Below, in pieces: positions 9,464 through 18,909 of a DNA stretch of 64,000 nucleotides; positions within the stretch are counted from its first letter, which is position 1; every line of letters begins with the position of its first letter. The stretch is from NCBI GenBank assembly GCA_018825785.1, contig JAHKAY010000020.1, forward strand, positions 2,111 to 66,110, given 5' to 3'. Origin of the DNA: Chloroflexota bacterium (GTDB lineage: Bacteria > Chloroflexota > Dehalococcoidia > JACVQG01 > JAHKAY01). The notes under the pieces are model-generated. The model was given only the letters and a program-made list of their open reading frames with translations. It made no database searches and was not told the DNA's origin. A program made the translations under genes and the position numbers.

Positions 9464-9814
9464 TTACTTCTTCCTCTCCCTCACCTGCTCCGCAATTACC
9501 TGGTGCAGCCTCTCTCTGTCCCTCGATACCGCTTCACCATCGTTGAAAGAGTCGGCCAGCACATCAAGCAGTGCGCGGCAATATTTGCTGCTACCGTCCC
9601 TGTCAGCAACGTAGACCACGCATTTCCCCTCGCGCCAGCGCTTGAGAAAACCGGCATCCATAAGTGCTTTCAGGCTTCTGGATACCTGGGACGGAGATAA
9701 GGGGAAGATCTCCTGCATTTCGCAGACACAGATGTCCTTTTCCAGGAGTAGCTTCAACATCCTGATCCTGTTCTCATCCGAGAGGGCCTTTGATACCCGT
9801 ACTAGTTCTCGCAT
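9464..9814 (-). CDS. arsR: Second ArsR/SmtB family repressor
   Basis: KALSDENRIRML, DICVCE, SPSQVSRSL; paralog of 7177..7536. Confidence 0.88.
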   Translation of the reverse strand: MRELVRVSKALSDENRIRMLKLLLEKDICVCEMQEIFPLSPSQVSRSLKALMDAGFLKRWREGKCVVYVADRDGSSKYCRALLDVLADSFNDGEAVSRDRERLHQVIAEQVRERKK

Positions 9815-10025
9815 GTTGAGTCTGATTGCATTTTATCACAATCATGCATACCTTGCACCTGCCAAATACGGGGTATAAGGCTCTTGAATGCCCGGACGGT
9901 CATCCGCTCAAGGCATCTTATGCCTATGATACCCGTCGTGCGAAGACCACGGACGTTGGTCCAGCCGCTTACCGCCTCTCGCCGGGGTGGTGACGCCCCT
10001 ACGCGGAGTGCGTGTCTGCGCAATC

Positions 10026-10054
10026 TTGCAAATGACTCTCGGTTATGCTATAAT
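10026..10054 (+). promoter_or_regulatory. sigma70 promoter (extended -10)
   Basis: TTGCAA-N17-TATAAT with a TG extension. Confidence 0.55.
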
Positions 10055-10097
10055 TCTAAACAGGATTGGGGGCAATTCGGCGAGGGAGGATAATAGG

Positions 10098-11342
10098 ATG
10101 TTGATTCCAGGGGAAGGCAGGAGCAGGGCAGCCCGGCCGGGCTGGCTTCTTATGAGCGTGCTGGCTTCACTTCTGTTGCTGGAGGCCTGTCTTGTGCCTG
10201 TAGCCACCCCGACGTCTTCGGTTACACCTGCTCCTACGAGCACTCCGGCATCGGCCGCCCTCCCCCCACCTGTTACCGTGGGCCTATCGGGTAAGATTAG
10301 CGGCCTGGGGTTCATGCTGGAGACCGTCCAGGTAGTCTCCTCCGACGGCCGGGCGAAGCTCACGCTGCCGAAGGGAGCGCTAGTCATGGATGACAACAGG
10401 CAGCCTGCCAAGTCTGTAACCTGCACCCCATTTCAGCCTCCGGAGTCCAAGGAGGGTCTGGTGGTGGGCCTGGGTTATGAATGGGCCACAGGCGAGGCCG
10501 CTGGTGAGCTAGGTCATCATGGAACGATAATGCCGGTGGCAACGGTCTCCATAACCTATGACCCGCCACCTGCTAACCCGAGAATCGACCTGAGCCGCCC
10601 TGACTTGCCATGCTGGTGGGAATCGGAAGGCATGTGGAAGGAGCGCGGGGCCATTCCTACTGTGGACCCGGTTAACCACATCATTACCTCGCCAATGGCA
10701 AACTTCATACCTGTAGTCGTAATCTTCTGGTACACAGACGTTAAGGTTCTCCCGGGTCCGGCCGACCGTCCGGCCCGAAGACGAGCCGTTACTGTTGACC
10801 TATCTGGTAAGATTGACAGCCGGGGGGCCCTGCTGGAGGCCGTCCAGGTAGTCTCCTCCGACGGCCAGGCGACGCTCACGTTGCCGAAGGGGGCAAAAGT
10901 CCTGGATGCCGGCGGCCAGCCCGCAGAGTCCATAACCTGCATCTCGTATGAGCCCCCGGAGTCGAAGGAAGGTGTGGTGGTCGGCCAGGCCTATTACTTC
11001 GGCGGGCTGGCCGCCGGGGGAACGATTAACCCGCCGGCAACGCTCACTATAACGTATGCCCCGCCACCTGCCGACCCGAGAATCGACCCGAGCAAGCCTG
11101 ACATAGCAGTCTGGTGGCCAGAGAAAAACCAGTGGGTCAAGAGTCCCTTCCCCGTTACCGTGGGCCAGGCCAGTCGCACCCTTACGTCGTTACAGGGGAA
11201 TTTCCTACCTGTCGCCGTCATCTTCTGGTACGTGGACACCACTCCTCCGGTTGGGACCTTTCTTACAGCTCCGCCAGCCGGTCAGCCACCTGCGTCGGCC
11301 TCAGGGAGGGATGTTCAAGAGCACATGCCACAAGGAGGGTAG
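10098..11342 (+). CDS. Putative lipoprotein with two copies of an uncharacterised beta-rich extracellular domain
   Basis: Hydrophobic signal ending LLEAC, P/T linker, duplicated VTVxLSGKI...VVSSDG...PPESKEG...PRID...VIFWY. Confidence 0.7.
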   Translation: MLIPGEGRSRAARPGWLLMSVLASLLLLEACLVPVATPTSSVTPAPTSTPASAALPPPVTVGLSGKISGLGFMLETVQVVSSDGRAKLTLPKGALVMDDNRQPAKSVTCTPFQPPESKEGLVVGLGYEWATGEAAGELGHHGTIMPVATVSITYDPPPANPRIDLSRPDLPCWWESEGMWKERGAIPTVDPVNHIITSPMANFIPVVVIFWYTDVKVLPGPADRPARRRAVTVDLSGKIDSRGALLEAVQVVSSDGQATLTLPKGAKVLDAGGQPAESITCISYEPPESKEGVVVGQAYYFGGLAAGGTINPPATLTITYAPPPADPRIDPSKPDIAVWWPEKNQWVKSPFPVTVGQASRTLTSLQGNFLPVAVIFWYVDTTPPVGTFLTAPPAGQPPASASGRDVQEHMPQGG

Positions 11343-11347
11343 ATGAG

Positions 11348-12001
11348 ATGAAAGGGAGATACTCAAAGCCTTTTAAGCTGGTAATGGCCCTGGCCCTGGT
11401 GGTGGGGCTGGTCCCCATCATGGCCACCCCAGCCCAGGCCTGCATCGCAATCGATATCTACCCCAGCTCAGGTCCGGTGGGCACCGAGGTCACCATTTTC
11501 TACTTCAATGCCCACCAACACGCCGGGGAAGTGGAATTGGGCCCTTTGAATGCCGGCGTACGTCCGAACAGCGTCACCTTTGGGGGCTTTCCTACGACCC
11601 ATAAAGTGGGGACGTATAAGGAGGGCGAATTCACCATTGTCGTCCCCGATGTGCCGCCGGAGGACTATTTGGTCAACGTTCCTAACGGTATCGGGACAAC
11701 CCACGACTTTGAGACCTTCACCGTGACGGAGGGCCCGGTAAAACGCAACCCTCACTGGGGCGTGGTCGGCCATATCCTGGCGCCGATTGACGGGAAGTAT
11801 GAGGAGGTGTGGGGCTTTGACCCCGCCACCCAGACCTGGGAGCTCTACGACCCGGCCTACGCTGCCATCAGCGACCTGATGGCCCTGGTGACGGGACACG
11901 GCTACTGGATCAAGGCCAGAGAGGATGTCACCATTCTCTGGGGGACTAATTACTACCTCCTGAGGAAGGGGTGGAACTTCATCATCTGGCTGGGGCCATA
12001 G
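11348..12001 (+). CDS. Secreted protein with an IPT/TIG-like domain
   Basis: Signal peptide ending PAQA; [13 protein letters not shown]; C-terminal GHGYWIKA...GWNFI module. Confidence 0.65.
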   Translation: MKGRYSKPFKLVMALALVVGLVPIMATPAQACIAIDIYPSSGPVGTEVTIFYFNAHQHAGEVELGPLNAGVRPNSVTFGGFPTTHKVGTYKEGEFTIVVPDVPPEDYLVNVPNGIGTTHDFETFTVTEGPVKRNPHWGVVGHILAPIDGKYEEVWGFDPATQTWELYDPAYAAISDLMALVTGHGYWIKAREDVTILWGTNYYLLRKGWNFIIWLGP

Positions 12002-12018
12002 AGTCTGTGGCGTTGTCG

Positions 12019-13140
12019 ATGAATAGACTGGTCTATTTCGCGGTGCCAGTCCTTGTCCTCTCTTCCCTGCTATCGAGCTGTGTCGCAGGTATCCCTACCC
12101 CTACCCCCACTACCACCGCAGCCCTAACCCCGGTAGCCACACAGACCCCCACGCCAGGGATTATCCCTTCACCCACCGCAGCGCCCACACCCACACCTGC
12201 CCCCACCACTGCCCCAACACCCATGCCTACACCAACACTCATGCCTGCACCAACACCCACGCCTGCACCGACACCCACGCCTGCACCGACACCCACGCCA
12301 AGGCTCACACCTACCCCGGCTGGTGGCGGGCGCATCGCCTTCGACTCCAACCGGGATGGTAACTATGAAATCTACGTGATGAACGTCGATGGCTCCGGAC
12401 AGACCCGCCTGACCAACAACCCCGCCAATGAAGGAGTCCCGTCGTGGTCGCCCGGCGGCACCAGGATAGCCTTCCTGTCCAACCGGGATGGTAACTGGGA
12501 AATCTACGTGATGAACGTCGATGGCTCCGGACAGACCCGCCTGACCAACAACCCCGCCAATGAAGGAGCCCCGGCGTGGTCACCCGATGGCACCAGGATA
12601 GCCTTTGAGTCCAACCGGGACCTTAACTATGAAATCTATGTAATGAACGCCGATGGCACCGGGCACACCCGCCTGACCGACAACCACCCCACCCCTGACG
12701 GAGCCCCGGCGTGGTCACCCGATGGCACCAGGATAGCGTTTGTGCGCGACGAAGACTTCGGCCCCGAGCATGAAGGGAACGGTGAAATCTATGTGATGAA
12801 TGCCGATGGCAGCGGGGAGACCCGCCTGACCAACAACTATGCCAATGACGCAGCCCCGGCGTGGTCACCCGATGGCACAAGGATTGCCTTTGAGTCCAAC
12901 CGGGATGGGAACTGGGAAATCTACGTAATGAACGCCGATGGCACCGAGCAGACCAACCTTACCAGCAACCCCGCCGGCGACTGGTCCCCGGCGTGGTCGC
13001 CCGATGGCACAAGGATAGCCTTCGTGTCCAGCCGGGATGGCAACCTTGAAATCTATGTGATGAACGCCGATGGCACCGGCCAGACCCGTCTGACCAGCAA
13101 CCCCGCCCAGGACGAATACCCGGCGTGGTCCCGGCTGTGA
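12019..13140 (+). CDS. TolB-like PD40 beta-propeller lipoprotein with a P/T-rich stalk
   Basis: Lipobox LSSC; six [12 protein letters not shown]..NRDGNxEIYVMN repeats. Confidence 0.85.
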   Translation: MNRLVYFAVPVLVLSSLLSSCVAGIPTPTPTTTAALTPVATQTPTPGIIPSPTAAPTPTPAPTTAPTPMPTPTLMPAPTPTPAPTPTPAPTPTPRLTPTPAGGGRIAFDSNRDGNYEIYVMNVDGSGQTRLTNNPANEGVPSWSPGGTRIAFLSNRDGNWEIYVMNVDGSGQTRLTNNPANEGAPAWSPDGTRIAFESNRDLNYEIYVMNADGTGHTRLTDNHPTPDGAPAWSPDGTRIAFVRDEDFGPEHEGNGEIYVMNADGSGETRLTNNYANDAAPAWSPDGTRIAFESNRDGNWEIYVMNADGTEQTNLTSNPAGDWSPAWSPDGTRIAFVSSRDGNLEIYVMNADGTGQTRLTSNPAQDEYPAWSRL

Positions 13141-13233
13141 GCCAGCGGCGCGGCGACAGCCGTTGAGGCTCCGTGCGGGAGGTGTTGCTGTGGCTGCCGA
13201 AATAGGAGTACACAACTCGGCTCACGAATACCT

Positions 13234-13917
13234 ATGCTGAGCAGAAGTAGAGAAGGCAAAATTGTGCCCGCCCGGTCTGTTTGGCTTCTTATCAGCGTGC
13301 TGGTTCCGCTTCTTCTACAGGCGGCCTGCATCGTGCCTGGGCCTACCCCCCCATATGCACCCACCTCAGCACCTGTGCCTTCCCCAACCCTGGTGCTCTT
13401 CCCACCTGTTACCGTGGACCTGGAGGGTAAGACTGACGCCAGCGGTGTCCTCTTGGAGGAGGTCGTAGTAGCCTCCTCTGATGGCCGGGCCCAGATGACG
13501 CTGAAAAAGGGAACCCTCGTCCTCGACGAGCAGGGGCAGCCCGCCAAGTCCATATCCTGCGTCCTATATGTGCCAGCAGAGTCCAGGGACGGAGTGGTAG
13601 TTGGGCTGGCCTATGAGTTCCGGTGGTTCCAGGGGGCATCGGAGGATTTCCAGGGGGCATCGGAGAAGGAGGAGCCGAAGATAGACCCGGCAGCGAAGAT
13701 CATCATCAAGTATGACCCACCGCCAGCCAACCCGTGGATAGACCCGAACAGGCCTGACGTAGCAGGCTGGTGGGCAGAGGGGGAAAAGTGGGTCAAGCGC
13801 CCCCTGACGCAGCCTTTGGACCTGACTACCCGCACCATTACCACATGGCAAGGAAAAGGCTGTCCTATTTTAGTCGTCATCTTCTGGTACCTGGATATTG
13901 TTCCCCCGATTTCCTGA
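13234..13917 (+). CDS. Putative lipoprotein, single-domain paralog of 10098..11342
   Basis: Lipobox QAAC; same domain; contains a tandem duplication FQGASED-FQGASE. Confidence 0.7.
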   Translation: MLSRSREGKIVPARSVWLLISVLVPLLLQAACIVPGPTPPYAPTSAPVPSPTLVLFPPVTVDLEGKTDASGVLLEEVVVASSDGRAQMTLKKGTLVLDEQGQPAKSISCVLYVPAESRDGVVVGLAYEFRWFQGASEDFQGASEKEEPKIDPAAKIIIKYDPPPANPWIDPNRPDVAGWWAEGEKWVKRPLTQPLDLTTRTITTWQGKGCPILVVIFWYLDIVPPIS

Positions 13918-14189
13918 GGCTCTTGCTTTGTGTGCCTGGTCTGGTTTCTTGTTGAGGGCACCATCGAGCCTGGTCTAAGCCGGGTGCCTCCCTGAATGCC
14001 TTCTTTCCAGTGCTTTCAACAAGACTCCGTGTTCTCGCAGGCGCGCGTGACATTCGGGCGGAATGTGCAATCCCCATTGCCTGAATCGCAGGAACCCCGA
14101 GAAGCAGGGCCATTGATAGTCAGTGAAGCGACGCTATAATATGTCTAACGGAAGTAGCCCAGCCAGGCGGATTGGGAGAGGGTGGAAAG

Positions 14190-14387
14190 ATGGCAAGGGA
14201 ATGTCAATTGGATGAGAACAAAGTGGCGTGCACCTGCACCTACGAGCCGTGCGACCGTAAGGGTATCTGTTGCGAATGTATGTTCTATCATCGCCAAAGG
14301 GGAGAAGTGCCCGGCTGTTTGTTTCCCTCCCAGGTTGAGAGAACCTATGACCGTTCAATAAGACGGTTCATTCTATCCCAAAGGTGA
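14190..14387 (+). CDS. Small Cys-rich protein (DUF6485-like)
   Basis: CTCTYEPCDRKGICCECMFYH...PGCLFP...RTYDRS. Confidence 0.7.
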   Translation: MARECQLDENKVACTCTYEPCDRKGICCECMFYHRQRGEVPGCLFPSQVERTYDRSIRRFILSQR

Positions 14388-14401
14388 GAAGCTAGGAGAC
14401 A

Positions 14402-14605
14402 ATGAAGCGAAGCCAGGCGGATTTGGAGGAGGACGTGGATAAGAAGGAGACAGAGAAGCTAAAGAACCAGCGGAAGACCCGAAAGGGCAAGACGGGAGGC
14501 AAGAGTATGGAAAAGGATTTTTCCGGCGCCTTGAAGGAGGTTACGGAGCCGTTGAAGGAGCTCAGGGGGCTTTGGAAAGATTTGAAGCACGAGATAGGGA
14601 TTTGA
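14402..14605 (+). CDS. Small charged hypothetical protein
   Basis: AGGAG RBS; sits within an operon. Confidence 0.4.
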   Translation: MKRSQADLEEDVDKKETEKLKNQRKTRKGKTGGKSMEKDFSGALKEVTEPLKELRGLWKDLKHEIGI

Positions 14606-14661
14606 GCCGAGAAAGGAAGCATAGAGGGGTTCTTGAAGGGACCGAATGGGGGTAGATAAAA

Positions 14662-14895
14662 ATGCCTTATAGATGTTCCTGCGGGGCTGAATTCACGGAT
14701 GTGGCCGAATATGCCAAACACAAGCGTTCGCATCAGGAGCAAAAGCAAGCTCCCAAGGGAGTGGTCTGTCTGGGCTGTGGGAAACCCATTTCTACTCCTG
14801 AGAACTACAGTGGAATGGTTTCCTGCCCTTCTTGTCACAAGAGCATGAAGGTGGTGGTAGAAAAAGGGGAAGTGTTGACTGCCAGATTAGGGTAA
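14662..14895 (+). CDS. Small double zinc-finger protein (C2H2 plus C4 ribbon)
   Basis: CSC...HKRSH followed by CLGC...CPSC. Confidence 0.6.
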   Translation: MPYRCSCGAEFTDVAEYAKHKRSHQEQKQAPKGVVCLGCGKPISTPENYSGMVSCPSCHKSMKVVVEKGEVLTARLG

Positions 14896-15030
14896 AATGG
14901 AGGCAGATATGGACGAGAAGGAGGCCAAGAAGCCAAAGAAACAGCAGAAGAAGGGAAAAGGTAAGATAGGAAGCAACATATAGCCGAGCCGGGCGAATTT
15001 GGAGAGGGCGATGCGTCCAAGGGGACCGAA

Positions 15031-18000
15031 TTGACCGACAGCCAGACAAACTCATTGGCCGCGAGTCTTGCCCAAGACATTCGTAGCGTGGCTGACCACG
15101 CACAGACCGAGGAGGACTTGCGAATCGGCGTAGAGAAGCTCCTCGAACCTGCCCTACAACAGTTGGGCATTGAGGCCCATCCGCACTATGAGAGGCGCGT
15201 CCTGCGTACGACCCTGACAGCCCCTGGGCGGGCTGATGCACTCTACGGCCAGGCAGTTATTGAATACGAACCCCCTGGCAAACTCACCACCGCGAGAGGT
15301 CTGGCCTCCACACGCAGGCAACTTGAAGGCTATCTGCTAGGGCTAGCAGGGTCGGGTAGCCAGCGCGAGGTTGCCCTGCGTCGCATGGCCGGCATCGGCC
15401 TTGATGGCCGCAGCATCTTCTTTCTCCGCTACCGTGGCGATAAGCCCCCAGTAGAAGAAGCGGTGCCGAAGGCGCAGTCCACCCAACTGCCATTGTTAGT
15501 GGAGGAAGCCACCAAGGGCAGTTTTTCGCTTATCGGGCCGTACGCCGTCACTGAGGAAAGCATCAGCCATTTCTTGCTCCACCTGCGGGCATTGCGCCGC
15601 CGTCCTTTGGCCGCGGAAGACCTTGCCAAAGAGTTCGGCCCCGGGCCCGTAGACAATGTGGCGCATAAGATGGTCAACGCCCTCTACAACCGCCTGGAAG
15701 AATGCCTGACAGCGCCAGGGGATGCGTTTCCTCAGGTGAAGACGCTGTATGAGGAATGGAAGCGCATTTTTGGTATCGTCTACGGACAGGAGTTGGTGAA
15801 GGCCCGGCGCGATGCTAACGCCCTGGCACGGCTGTACCACGTCATGGAATCTACCGACCTTAAGCCACTACTTTTTGCAGTTCACACGTACTATGCATTG
15901 CTCATGAAGCTATTGGCAGCAGAGCTCCTTTCTTTGCAGCAGGGCGCACTCATGGCGTCCGTAGTGGAACAACTTCCGGCCTTACCTGGAGAACAACTCC
16001 GAGGCCATTTGGGAGAGCTCGAGAAGGGGTCGTGGTTCGAGTCCCAGGGCATCCGTAACCTCCTGGAGGCGGACTTCTTTGGCTGGTATGTCGGAGCTTG
16101 GAGTGCAGATATAGAGGAGGCCGTTCGCAGCTTCGCCAGGGCCCTGGCAGAGTATGAGCCGGCCACTGCTACCCTTAACCCAGAAGCTACCAGAGACCTA
16201 CTGAAGAAGCTGTACCAGTACTTGGTGCCCAGGGAGCTGCGCCACGACCTGGGCGAATACTACACGCCCGACTGGCTGGCCGAGCTGGTGCTTAACGATG
16301 TCGGCTATACCGGACAACCGACGGAGCGGCTGTTAGACCCCGCTTGCGGCTCGGGCACGTTCTTGGTGCTAGCCATCCATCGTGCTCTCGACGTCAAAGA
16401 CTCCCTGGCCTGGCGCACGCGCGAGCGTGAGTTGGTGGCTCAAATCCTGGAAAACGTCGTTGGCTTTGACCTAAACCCCCTAGCCGTCATCGCTGCCCGC
16501 ACCAACTATCTCCTCGCTCTGGGCTCTCTGGCCCGTCATCTGGCAGGTAAGGACATCCCTGTATATTTGTGCGACTCCATCCTAACGCCTCAAACCCAGC
16601 GGGCTCAGAAACGCCCTATCGAACACCAGAAGGATATCCCTGTCCCATCGGCCCAGAAAGAGTTCTGGGTCCCGGAGGAGCTGGTAGACAAGGGCCAGGT
16701 GGACGCGCTATGCCGTTTGTTGGAACAATGCGTAGCTGGCAATTACCAGACTGGGGAGTTCCTGGTCCTAGGACAGCGGGAGATGAAGTGGGAAGACCTG
16801 CTTACGGAACGCTCGCTTGCGGAACTTTACGATAAGGTGCGGCGGCTTAAAGAGGAGGGGCGGAACGGCCTCTGGGCCCGCATTATCAAGAACGCCTTTG
16901 CGCCTGTCTTCCGCTCAGCTACCCGTTTCGACTACGTAGTGGGAAACCCGCCGTGGGTGAACTGGGAGAGCCTGGCCGATGACTACCGGGCAGCGACCAG
17001 AGAGTTGTGGCAGAGGTACGGCCTGTTCTCCCTGAAAGGCCACGCCGCCCGCCTGGGCGGGGGAAAAAAGGACGTGGCCATGCTCATGCTGTACGCCGCA
17101 ATGGACAGCTATCTAAAGGACGGTGGCAAGCTGGGCTTCGTGATTACCCAGACGGTGTTCAAGACCAAGGGGGCGGGGGACGGCTTCCGTCGTTTCCGCC
17201 TGGGCGAGGAAGGGCCGCACCTGAAGGTGCTCTCAGCCCAAGACTTGGTAGAGCTTCAGCCCTTTGAAGGGGCTAGCAACCGCACGGCCACCGTCGTCCT
17301 CCAAAAAGGCGAATCTACCCAGTACCCTGTGCCCTACATTCTGTGGCAGAAGGCCAAGCCAGGCAGGATAGGGGTTGACTTCACCCTGCAGGGGGTATCG
17401 GAACGCACGCGCAGGACGTTGTTATCGGCCAGGCCCGTGGGCAGCGCACAGCCCACGTCGCCCTGGCTCACGGCCAGCCCAGCGGCTCTCCGAGCCCTGC
17501 GCAATGTCATTGGCCCATCGGCCTACCAAGCACGGGCTGGAGCTACTACCTGCGGTGCCGATGGGGTCTTTCTGTGCCACATTCTAGAGGCAAGCCCAGG
17601 CAATTTACTGAGGATTCAGAACGCCGCAGAAGAAGGCCGCAGGCAAGTGAGAAGAGTTATTCGTGAGGTGGAACCAGACTTGGTTTACCCTGTCGTGAGA
17701 GGCAAAGACATAGGCAGGTGGCATTGTGCCAGTGACACCTATGCAATCTTGCCGCAAGATGCCGACAGCCGAAAAGCATATGACGAAAAGTGGCTAAGCG
17801 TTGAATTGCCACTAACGTACGAGTATCTGACATTGTTCAAGGACGCTCTCGAAGCACGTCAAAGTAAGGTGTTGCCGCGTCCGCCGTTCTATGCGCTTTA
17901 TGGCTTTGGACGCTACCATCTCAAGCCTTTCAAAGTAGTGTGGGGACGCGTGGCAAACAGTGTGCAGGCATGCGTGACGCGGCCACACGACGTGCCCTGG

Positions 18001-18372
18001 CTTGGGGCTAAGGCAACGGTCCCTTTTGAAGCCATGGTCTGTGCTACTGATACAGATGACGAAGCTCACTACGTATGCGCGTGCCTAAATTGCTCTCTTT
18101 CCGACTTAGTAGTACGAGCCTATATTGCTGTTCACCCTGATACACATGTCTTAAAGAATACTGCAATCCCGAAGTTCGACCCCTCCAACGCTCTGCACCA
18201 GTCTCTGGCCGCTCACTCCCAGCGGGCCCACCAGCTTGCTGGCCAAGGCAAGACAGCGCAGGCGGAGTTGCGCCAGGTGGAGACGGAGATAGACCGCCTG
18301 GCAGCCCAACTCTGGGGCCTCTCCAAGGCAGAGCTAACGGAAATACAAAGGTCTCTAGCTGAAATAAGTTAG
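15031..18372 (+). CDS. Type IIG-like restriction-modification fusion (nuclease, amino-MTase, TRD)
   Basis: N-terminal GRADAL...IEYE nuclease-like motif; GEYYTP; motif I LLDPACGSGTFL; motif IV NPPW; C-terminal TRD and helical tail. Confidence 0.85.
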   Translation: MTDSQTNSLAASLAQDIRSVADHAQTEEDLRIGVEKLLEPALQQLGIEAHPHYERRVLRTTLTAPGRADALYGQAVIEYEPPGKLTTARGLASTRRQLEGYLLGLAGSGSQREVALRRMAGIGLDGRSIFFLRYRGDKPPVEEAVPKAQSTQLPLLVEEATKGSFSLIGPYAVTEESISHFLLHLRALRRRPLAAEDLAKEFGPGPVDNVAHKMVNALYNRLEECLTAPGDAFPQVKTLYEEWKRIFGIVYGQELVKARRDANALARLYHVMESTDLKPLLFAVHTYYALLMKLLAAELLSLQQGALMASVVEQLPALPGEQLRGHLGELEKGSWFESQGIRNLLEADFFGWYVGAWSADIEEAVRSFARALAEYEPATATLNPEATRDLLKKLYQYLVPRELRHDLGEYYTPDWLAELVLNDVGYTGQPTERLLDPACGSGTFLVLAIHRALDVKDSLAWRTRERELVAQILENVVGFDLNPLAVIAARTNYLLALGSLARHLAGKDIPVYLCDSILTPQTQRAQKRPIEHQKDIPVPSAQKEFWVPEELVDKGQVDALCRLLEQCVAGNYQTGEFLVLGQREMKWEDLLTERSLAELYDKVRRLKEEGRNGLWARIIKNAFAPVFRSATRFDYVVGNPPWVNWESLADDYRAATRELWQRYGLFSLKGHAARLGGGKKDVAMLMLYAAMDSYLKDGGKLGFVITQTVFKTKGAGDGFRRFRLGEEGPHLKVLSAQDLVELQPFEGASNRTATVVLQKGESTQYPVPYILWQKAKPGRIGVDFTLQGVSERTRRTLLSARPVGSAQPTSPWLTASPAALRALRNVIGPSAYQARAGATTCGADGVFLCHILEASPGNLLRIQNAAEEGRRQVRRVIREVEPDLVYPVVRGKDIGRWHCASDTYAILPQDADSRKAYDEKWLSVELPLTYEYLTLFKDALEARQSKVLPRPPFYALYGFGRYHLKPFKVVWGRVANSVQACVTRPHDVPWLGAKATVPFEAMVCATDTDDEAHYVCACLNCSLSDLVVRAYIAVHPDTHVLKNTAIPKFDPSNALHQSLAAHSQRAHQLAGQGKTAQAELRQVETEIDRLAAQLWGLSKAELTEIQRSLAEIS

Positions 18373-18560
18373 CCCTGCCCCACCAGCCGAATCCCTTCTC
18401 AAGAGTGGTCCCGGCCCTTCAGGACACCACCGCTCCCTCCAATGCCAGCCCGAACCCGCGGCTGGGTTAGGTTGCCTCGCTGGTGGCAGGGGGATAGACG
18501 GGACCGCCCTGGCCGGGTTGGACAGAAGACCCAGAATCTCGTTTGCTACCGGGGCAGGTC

Positions 18561-18651
18561 TGGATGGCAGCCCGGCCCAGCCTAAGCCGCTTCCCGGCGG
18601 CGGCCCACCCTCGCTAGGTCTAGCCTCTGGAAGATAGGGGTATTTTTTCAC
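18561..18651. repeat. Dispersed ~90-bp non-coding repeat, copy 1 (copy 2 at 32983-33073)
   Basis: CAGCCCGGCCCA(G)CCTAAGCC...GGCCC(A/G)CCCTCG...AGGTCTA(G/A)CCTCTGG...ATAGG..TATT.TTTTCAC is shared in the same orientation. Confidence 0.75.
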
Positions 18652-18733
18652 CGGCCCGAGGTGTGTGTTGACGAAACCATGTTACCGTGATAACCTTATG
18701 AATAGGCGGGGAAGGAAAGGGGGTGGACTCTGT

Positions 18734-18907
18734 ATGGTGACTGCGTATGCCAAAGACGAGTCTCTCGCTACCTTCGTGGAGAAAGCCAAGGTTGAGAATC
18801 AAGAAGAACTTGACCAGCTTTCCGAGCTTCAAAGGATGCTAGAAGAGTTGAGAAGGGAAGCGGAACGTCCTCAGATTTATCAAATTAGCGTCAGGAGCAA
18901 CTGGTAG
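18734..18907 (+). CDS. 57-aa coiled-coil protein upstream of the protease
   Basis: RBS and ATG; stop lies 2 nt before the protease TTG; TTGACG promoter-like element upstream. Confidence 0.55.
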   Translation: MVTAYAKDESLATFVEKAKVENQEELDQLSELQRMLEELRREAERPQIYQISVRSNW

Positions 18908-18909
18908 CT

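Noticed and set aside
12340-13140. Near-identical DNA repeats suggesting CRISPR or a DGR template/variable pair (also 52260-52790)
   Set aside because: They are in-frame propeller blades. There are no unique spacers, no cas or reverse transcriptase gene, and no adenine-specific pattern was noticed.
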